Part shown: in pieces, positions 56,923 to 64,000 of the stretch
Layout of the letters: every line of letters begins with the position of its first letter
Numbering within the stretch: the first letter of the stretch is position 1
Assembly (NCBI GenBank): GCA_013416795.1
Contig: RQSC01000028.1
Coordinates: 128,223 to 192,222, forward strand
Direction of reading: 5' to 3'
DNA length: 64,000 nt
Source of the DNA: Prasinococcaceae sp. CCMP 1430
Taxonomy: Eukaryota; Plantae; Prasinodermophyta
Made by a program: the position numbers and the translations under genes
The notes under the pieces: model-generated
The model's input: only the letters and a program-made list of their open reading frames with translations
What the model was told of the DNA's origin: nothing
Database searches by the model: none

Positions 56923-58403
56923 ATGACGATGCGCACCTGCGGCATGGCGGCAGGTGTCACCACCGTCGCCGTAGCGGCATTGGCTGCGAGTGCGAGCGCT
57001 TATGACTTCGCGTGCTCGAATGCCGGGTGCGAGTGCAGCGGGTCAAACTGCGGCAAGAGTGTTTTCCACTGGACGAGGTAAATGCGCCCGCGTGCAACGC
57101 GCCTGCGCGCAGGCACACGCACACGGTGTGTCGTGTGCTCGCTTTGCGTGTGCGAATCTCTCAAGGTGTCTGACATCCCGTGCTCTCCTCCTTAAAGCTG
57201 GTGCCGAGTTGACAAGATGTGCACGGGCGCCAACTATTACGACCCATGGTTCGGCAGGTGCGTGGGCGCGTGCGTGCACGGATATAGTTTGTCGGGTGCG
57301 ATGACGTGCTCACATCACGCACACGCTCGCTTGCTAATGCCCCACCCACATACACACGCGCGCTCCGCGACGTCCGTCCGCACACGTGCGCGTGTCTCTC
57401 CAGCCCCTACTGGTGGCAGGATTGCAACGCAGCCCCGCGCTGCGATGACGTTTCACCGCCCGTTTGTAGGCACTGTTCGGACATCTTCCCGCCGCCCACA
57501 CCTAATGTCACTGAGGACGTTCCGCCGCCCGCACCCAACGCTACCGTCGAGGAAGAGGTTTCCACCGAGACCGAGGCAACTGCGGCCCTTCCCATGCCCG
57601 CGTCAGACACCTCAACGGATGCGATCGAGGATCCGAACTCGACTGCACCGATCATCGTGGTTCCTCTCGACCTCCCTGACTGTGGGACTGCGCAGCAGGA
57701 CATAGCTTTCTACTTTCGGCCGAGTGCAGGCGCCGGTGACAGCGGTGAGAATGCGACGGCTGTGAGCAAGCAGGCGGGGACCGATCAGTCGACCCTCGAC
57801 CTCATGGTCTCTTCGCGCGTCGCCATTGGCGCGCTCTCCGGAGCGCTCGACGACTGTTCTGGGAACCCGCTCGCCACTGTTGGGGCTGACGGAGGTGTGC
57901 TCGGCGAGGCTGGCTTTGTTTGGCAGGCTGTCGACAGCAGCAACGGCCTGTTCGCGTTCGTCAACGCTGAGGGAGCAAGTGTCCCGCCAAACACCGTGCC
58001 CGCTCCTGACGCGGCACCGGGCACGGGCGATGCGCAGTCGACGGCATCCTCTGAGAACGGCGGCGACCCATCCGCGCCAATAAAGGAAGTCTCAGCCGCG
58101 ACCCAGCTCGCGGCTGCGAAGCAGGCTGACGCAAACGTGTACGAGACTGTTGTGTTTGGCAACCGTACATTTCACCTCTTCTCCCGGCTGCACTTCGACC
58201 TACCCACGCGAGCAGCCTGCGCACAGGAGCCCATGGGCGTGGCGGTATTCGCGCACTCTGCGCTGTCCGGCGCGATCGTATCCACTCAGTGCACGCCAGG
58301 CGAACCCGAGCAGTTTGGCCCTGCTGGTAATGCCTCCAACGCCCTGGCCGAAGAGGAGCTCAACGGAGAGGCGGCAGCCATCGCAGCGGCGAAGAGCCCG
58401 TGA
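56923..58403 (+). CDS. Secreted protein with N-terminal Cys/Trp-rich module and Pro/Thr-rich linker
   Basis: Signal-like VTTVAVAALAASASA. Exons 56923-57077, 57198-57257, 57404-58403 give CSNAGCECSGSNCGKSVFHWTSWCRVDKMCTGANYYDPWFGSPYWWQDC. Confidence 0.7.
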
Positions 58404-58573
58404 GGGCGCCGAGCTGAAGCGGACACCACACCAGCCAGAGGCGGCCCTACCATGAAGCCGGATGAGAGAGAGAGATGCCGATTCGTCACTGTGATATGAT
58501 TAAAATGCCTTCATTTCGAACTGCCCGCACGAAGTCGAACGCTCCTCGCGTTCGAGTCATGCCGCATGCGCGG

Positions 58574-60784
58574 TCACGCGACCACGAGGCCTGGAATGTC
58601 GCGCGCCAGCACCCTCTCCCACTCGGTGAGCACGCTCACAATCAAAGCGCCGTCGGATTCGAGATCGACGCACAGCGGTGCGAGCGCCTTGAGGACAAGT
58701 TGGCGCGAGAGGCCCTGGGACGCTTGCAGCGCCTGTGCCGTGTGCGCGCACGTGAGCGTCCCCTTCTCAGCGAGCACCCGACCGACGAGCTCGGCCACAC
58801 GTGCCTGATCGAAGGTGAGGGAAACCTGGGGTAGCGTGAGCGCGTGCGTGCGCGCGTGTGCATGCGCGTGCGCATTGCAGGAGTGCGAACATGAGACTGT
58901 CAGCAAGACAGGATGCAGGTCCTTGCGCTGGCGCCTGCTTCATCCTGTCGTTGCGCGTGCGCGCGACGTACACATTTCACCACCCTGCCGAAATCGGCTG
59001 GAACCATGCCCTCGATGACCGCTCGCCAGTGGTCATCAGCAAGCTTCGCGGATAGAAGCGCAAAGTCGTCGTATGTGCGTTCCATTTCCTGGAGGAGCGC
59101 TTGGACGCTCGGCGCCGCCGATGGCGCCACCGCGAGTGTCTCTTGCGTCACGCCCACCAACGCTCCTACATCGCCGCCGGCGTCCTGCTCCCCATCGATG
59201 CTGGTGGCATTTCCACCGAGCACGGCTTTGCCGATGTCCAACTCTACCGGCTTTTCGAAGGAAGGTTGTTGAAGAAAGTTTTCCGGCACGGGCGGTGCGC
59301 TGGGCGCATCCACCTGTGCGGGCGCGCCTGGCTGCAAACAGGCATCCGGCTCCAAGGGCACGCCCGGTTGTGCCAACTGCGTCGGGGGTGCCGACACCTG
59401 GACTGCCGGTTGGGCGATGACAACCGGCACCACACCAGGAACCTCAGGAACGATGCGCATATCGCACTCGATCTTAGGATTGGTGATGCAGCAGGCCGTC
59501 TCAGCGACCATCTGCAATCTGTGCGCCACTGCTAGCACACTGCCCGCGTAGGAGTAGGATGCGCCAGGAGATACCCGCGACGGGATGGAGGTGCTACGCC
59601 CGAGCGTGGCATGGACGTGCCCGTACGCGACAGCGCGCGCGGCAGCCGGATTCGCTTTCTTCTGCTGCTTGATCGCCTTCATGGCCTCCTTATCGCGATT
59701 CTGAGCACCGTGCAGCGAGCGCGGATCGATGCTGCTGCTGCTCACCGTTGTATGCTGTGAGTTAGAGTGGCCACCTGCGAACCATCGAATCATCTCATGC
59801 ACGCCGACCTTCACCATTTCGACCTCGGTGGTACTCTCGTTCAAGAGGGCGACTGTCGCGTTGATCGTCGCCCCGCGACAAACGGCCGTGTCGCTCACAG
59901 CGGCACCTAGCGTCATTTCGCCTCTGTTGACACAGCAGCAAAAGTTGACGCTCTGCGTGTCGGGCTGGAGGAACGCGGGCATGACCTGCGCCAAAATGGG
60001 CGCCGCCACCACCGTCATCGGCGCGTTCGCGCGCACGTCACCCACGAAACGCTCGGGACGATAAAAGCGCGCGTGCACGTAGTAGCGGATGGCGCAGTCG
60101 CCACCGCCTCCGTGCGCAACCTGCACGCGCGTGCACGGCCGAGGGTGAGCACATGCGCATTTGCATCAGCCCGACAGCTGGCGCAGGCGCTCGCTCCTTC
60201 ATGCGCCTAGACGCGCGCCACAGGGAGGAACGCGCGCAACGCACCATGGACTCAGGCAAGTTGACCGGTAGCGTCACCTGGAATGGGTGCGCGTACTTGC
60301 CAGGCAAGACCGAGCCGCCACCATACGAGGCGAGCGGCACGTCGAGCTCGAGCAGCCGGCGGCGAGCGTACGCATGGTGATGCCGCACGTGTGTTCGCCT
60401 GTTTTTGCCTGTGCCCGTCGTGTGGGTCGTCGTCCAGTGCGTGTGCGCGTACTCCTCGCCGATAATCTGCGCGCTCGCGCGGTCGCATGAATGCGTGTGC
60501 GCGTGAGCAGTGCACAGTGGTTGCAGGAACGCGCGCGCACTCACGCGCCTTGTCGCACCCGAACATGCTCAGACCTGAGCAGGCAGCGACACGGCTCGGC
60601 AAGCAGCGCCTACGCGCACGCGTGCGCACGCGCTACGCACCTCGATGCGCAGCTCAGTCGCGTTGCACTCGCTGCGCACGTCGGCGTACACGCACCCGGC
60701 GAACGCCTCCCCCGCGGCGACGCGCTCTGGAACCTGCACGTGCAGCGCTGCGGGCTTGCCCTTGAACAGCTCCGCGATGAACAT
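58574..60784 (-). CDS. Arrestin-fold (alpha-arrestin/Vps26-like) protein
   Basis: Exons 60784-60641, 60466-60245, 60120-58972, 58825-58574. GCVYADV...LRIE|IIGEEYAHTHW, LPGKYAHPFQVTLPVNLPESM, CAIRYYVHA and NESTTEVEMVKV. Confidence 0.75.
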
Positions 60785-61037
60785 GTCCCAACCCTTCCGT
60801 TCCACGGCGCGCCTTGCGCCACTTGTGCCGCCGACGAGCGGCCGCGCCGTCCTGGCCCATGAGCACGCACGCGCGCGTGTGCGCGCCGGCCGGCCCCGAG
60901 GGGAACTCGGGGAACCGCTGCATTCCCTCCGAGGCGAACGCCGCATCGCAACTTTCGGCGTTTAGGGTTGGGTTTCGACAAAAATAGTTAGGGTTACAAT
61001 ATGACACATCACATCCGCGGCCGCCGCCCCTCCTCAG

Positions 61038-62696
61038 TCAGTTGGCGTCCTCGAAGTCATCGCTGTACTTGATCTCGAACGACATGCCGTCCTTGATCTC
61101 CTCCGCGCTCAGCGAGCCGACGTTCTTGAGAAGGCCGATGACGTGCTCGGGATCCTTGGTGGCCATGCCGCCGAGGAGCTTGAACTTGTGGTCGAGGATG
61201 TCGAGCAGGGGCGCGTCGGTGTTGCGCGCGTGGCCAGCCGGGTACATGACCATGCCGCTGGACTCCCTGACGCCGTCCTTGGTGATGAGCTCCACCGAGG
61301 TGGGGATGCCGTCGGGGTAGTTGTCGTCGTACTCCTTGCCGCCATGGGTGAACTTGATCTTCTGCATGAGCGCGCGCGTGGCCTCGTCGAAGATGGCCGG
61401 CTTAGAGTAGTCGTAGGGGTCGAGCATCAGCTGCGTCCAGCCAACCTCGCCCTGGGTCATGGCCTTGCGCATGAGCGTGGAGATGATGTACGCCATCGAG
61501 TGGTCGGCCGACTGTCGAGTGGCGGGCTTCATCTTCGCGGGGTCGCCAATGATGCCGTAGGCGGGCTCGTAGGCGATCAGATTGAGCTCCTCCATGGTCT
61601 CGATGCGCTCGAGGATCGGCTTGGAGGTGTCGAGGAGGCTTGGGGCCTTGGGCAGGAGGTTCATGACGCCCTGGATGGCACCCGCCGACTGGTGCTCGTA
61701 CAGGCCGAGCTTGAAGTGCATGCCCATGATGGTGAAATCATCGCCCGAGTTGGAGAGCTCGAGGTCGAAGGGCGCCTCGTACTCAGGCCCGAGGTTGGGC
61801 TCGACGCCCACCTTCTGCAGCATCTGGCCGGGCCCCTCGAACAGCCGGAAGATGGCCTCGGGGTTTCGGAAGATGTCGCGCGGGCCCATGAAGCCGGCCA
61901 TCGAGCGCTTGACGGACACGACGGCGGCCTCCGACGATATGGCGGCCGATGCGCCCTTGGAGTCCGAGAGCTGCTTGCCGGCACGGATCGCGCGAAACGG
62001 CACGTGGTGGGCGACGACCATGCCGATGGCCGACTCGATCTGCTCCTCGCTCGCGCCCTTGAGCGCGCCGTACACGGCAGCCGACGCGATCGCGCCGTGA
62101 ACGACGTGGTCGATCTTGTACGACTTCAGCGAGAATACCTCGGCCAGGCGCCCGCGGATCTCGTCGAGGCAGATCATCGCGTCGAGGGCGGTCTTGCCGT
62201 CGAGACCTTCCTCCTGCGCGGCCGCCATTACCACCGGGTAGAAGTCGTTGTGGCCGAACTCGCCGGCCTTGTGGCCGCGCTCCGGGCGATAGCCGAAGTT
62301 GGTGCCGTTGGAGTCCCACTCGCGCACTGCAGACGAGTTGGCCAGCACCGCCTTCTCGGCAGGCACGCGCGCCCCACCGCCGCCGATCAGTGTCGCCGCC
62401 GAGCCGGGTACGGCGCTGTACGCGAGCGCCTCGTTCCGCAGCACCGTTGGCGCATTGGTGCGCAGGGCGATGGCGGAGGCGCCGCACAGGTACGAGTCGG
62501 CAAAGAAGAGCGCCGTGCGGTCGCACACCGCCTGCGACGGCGATCCCTTCCCCGCGACGAAGTCCTTGGCGTACTTTGCGATGCCGAGCGCCTGGTTGGT
62601 GCCGCGCCCGAGAAAGACGGCCTCCGACGCCGTCGAGAGGCCGCGCGCGAGTGCCGCGCCAGCCGGGCGCGCCTTGGACCCCATCGCTGCCGCCAT
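61038..62696 (-). CDS. prpD: 2-methylcitrate dehydratase (MmgE/PrpD family), with mitochondrial-type presequence
   Basis: NSSAVREWDSNGT, GHNDFYP, HVVHGAIASAA, IRAGKQLSDSKGASAA, FKLGLYEHQSAGA, TRQSADHSMAYI, YPAGHARN. Intronless. Confidence 0.9.
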   Translation of the reverse strand: MAAAMGSKARPAGAALARGLSTASEAVFLGRGTNQALGIAKYAKDFVAGKGSPSQAVCDRTALFFADSYLCGASAIALRTNAPTVLRNEALAYSAVPGSAATLIGGGGARVPAEKAVLANSSAVREWDSNGTNFGYRPERGHKAGEFGHNDFYPVVMAAAQEEGLDGKTALDAMICLDEIRGRLAEVFSLKSYKIDHVVHGAIASAAVYGALKGASEEQIESAIGMVVAHHVPFRAIRAGKQLSDSKGASAAISSEAAVVSVKRSMAGFMGPRDIFRNPEAIFRLFEGPGQMLQKVGVEPNLGPEYEAPFDLELSNSGDDFTIMGMHFKLGLYEHQSAGAIQGVMNLLPKAPSLLDTSKPILERIETMEELNLIAYEPAYGIIGDPAKMKPATRQSADHSMAYIISTLMRKAMTQGEVGWTQLMLDPYDYSKPAIFDEATRALMQKIKFTHGGKEYDDNYPDGIPTSVELITKDGVRESSGMVMYPAGHARNTDAPLLDILDHKFKLLGGMATKDPEHVIGLLKNVGSLSAEEIKDGMSFEIKYSDDFEDAN

Positions 62697-62997
62697 CCGC
62701 ACGCGCGGGGCGGGGTGGGGGCAACGAAAAGGAGAGCGATCAGACGGGAGGATGCGAGGGGCGCCTCCCTCTCGCCCGTTGTGGCGTCGGCGCCCGCGCC
62801 CCCCCCCCCCTCCCCCCCTCCCCCCAAAACGCCAACGCTGCTGTTGCTGCGTGGCGGCACGCGATTCCCCCTCGTTCCCGCCGCGCCAAGCGCATTCGTT
62901 TTGACTCACAAAACACTGATATTCAGACTCGAACTCACGTGGGGGGCCTGCGCGCGGCCGAGCTCAATTCGAATCGAACGCCGCAAAAATAAACCCT

Positions 62998-63573
62998 ATG
63001 TACGACTCGAAACCCCAACACGCGAAACACCCAAACCTCAACACGTTCTTTCTGCGGGCCGCGCGCGCCGCGCCGCCGCCACAGCGCGGGCGGGCGGGTG
63101 TCGCTCGAGTGCTGCTCGCGCGCCCAGGAGGCGGCGCGTCGCGCGGAGCTGCGGGCGCTGCGGGTGGGCCGGGCGAGGTGGGCGGGGTGGGCGAGGTGGG
63201 TGAGGCTGACGGCGCGGAGCTACCCGAGCACGTGGCGGACGAGGATGAAATCGAGGCGAAGCGCATGGCGGCCCGGATGGCGAAGGTGATGGGGGGCGTG
63301 TCAATGAGTACACTCAAGCAGGAGCGCGACGCTGGGATCGAAGCTCTCGTCGCCGCGCGCGTGCGGCTGCGCTCCGATCGCGACGGCACCCTGCCCGCCG
63401 CGGCACTCGCCGCGCTGCTCGCTGAGCGTGACAGCGGCGCGGCTGTCGGCGACCTAGCTGCCAGGTATGACGTTGACGAGGAAACGCTGCGGACTGCGCT
63501 GTTGCACGTGTGCTACATTCGGCCTGTCGTGATCGAACGGGTGGAGAATGAGGCACTGCCACCTATGCGATAA
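62998..63573 (+). CDS. Hypothetical protein, C-terminus resembles NDUFAF4-like complex I assembly factor
   Basis: DGTLPAAALAALLAERDSG...DLAARYDVDEETLRTALLHVCYIRP resembles the NDUFAF4 C-terminal motif as I recall it. The start is uncertain. Confidence 0.5.
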   Translation: MYDSKPQHAKHPNLNTFFLRAARAAPPPQRGRAGVARVLLARPGGGASRGAAGAAGGPGEVGGVGEVGEADGAELPEHVADEDEIEAKRMAARMAKVMGGVSMSTLKQERDAGIEALVAARVRLRSDRDGTLPAAALAALLAERDSGAAVGDLAARYDVDEETLRTALLHVCYIRPVVIERVENEALPPMR

Positions 63574-63804
63574 TACACTGCTGCACCACTGCGGACGAAG
63601 CACGCGCTCTCTCCAGCGCGCGCGTGCGAGCGCTACTGCTTGGCCCTCTAGTCCACGTGTCGGTGGCATGAATGCAATGGTACAGGTGGCATTTATCATT
63701 ACAGTGTCGCAGCCGTCGCTGCTGCCGCGGCGGCGACGGCAGCAGCAGCGGGTGCAGTGTGTGTGTGTGTGTGGTGGTGTGTGGGGGGGTTAACCAGCTG
63801 CGTC

Positions 63805-64000
63805 TCAATGCGTGCCGCCGCCCGCAGCAGCAGCGGCGACATCCTCAGCGGCATCCTGCTCCTCGAGCTCCTTCGCCAGGCGCTTGCGCTCCGCTGCCTG
63901 CCGCATTCGCTGCAGCACCATATCCTCGAAGCCCCGATGCCCCAGCGCCGTGGCAGTGGCGGGCTTGGCTGCCGCGGCCGGCTTTGCCGCTCCATGCTGC
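63805..64000 (-). CDS. 3' end of a gene extending beyond the window
   Basis: Frame reads ...AAKPAAAAKPATATALGHRGFEDMVLQRMRQAAERKRLAKELEEQDAAEDVAAAAAGGGTH*. Confidence 0.5.
   Translation of the reverse strand, partial: QHGAAKPAAAAKPATATALGHRGFEDMVLQRMRQAAERKRLAKELEEQDAAEDVAAAAAGGGTH

Noticed and set aside
236-60640. Introns as possible Introner-type repeated elements
   Set aside because: They share only low-complexity GCGC composition and splice signals. I saw no extended sequence identity or terminal repeats between introns.
1-64000. Hundreds of long overlapping R/A/P-rich ORFs on alternative frames and the antisense strand
   Set aside because: These are expected from stop-codon scarcity at very high GC. 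They show no domain signatures and shadow real genes.

Overview
Very GC-rich, gene-dense eukaryotic nuclear DNA. It is most likely a prasinophyte-grade green alga (inference from DPE2, the plastid-type rpoC1 fragment, organellar uS17 and ClpX, and short GC-rich introns with GTGCGC/GTACGT donors and CTGAC branch points). I can model about 30 protein-coding genes, most of them spliced. They include a WD40 protein, UBE2C, ODA docking-complex DC2/ODAD1, ClpX, an SLT-LysM lytic transglycosylase, an SGNH esterase, DNAAF4, DPE2, an ankyrin-IQ protein, enkurin, uS17, transportin-1, a mono-PARP, an LRR-2OG dioxygenase, 14-3-3, an SMB/HRGP surface protein, a THUMP methyltransferase, an SDR, a BIG Arf-GEF, an arrestin-fold protein, PrpD and several orphan secreted proteins. 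I found no rRNA, tRNA, CRISPR array or autonomous transposon. The assembly has one 442-N gap and four single-N joins, at least two of which cut through gene 5' ends. The most unusual locus is 16.7-19.4 kb: a ~80 bp AT-rich plastid rpoC1 fragment abuts a DPE2 gene that lacks both ends and meets, head-to-head, an ankyrin gene with no start codon. Other leads are a possible peptidoglycan-degrading gene pair, a TET/JBP-like dioxygenase fusion, a SIM/UBA mono-PARP, frequent AAG acceptors and telo-box-like intergenic motifs. All family assignments come from motif recognition by eye; no searches were run.
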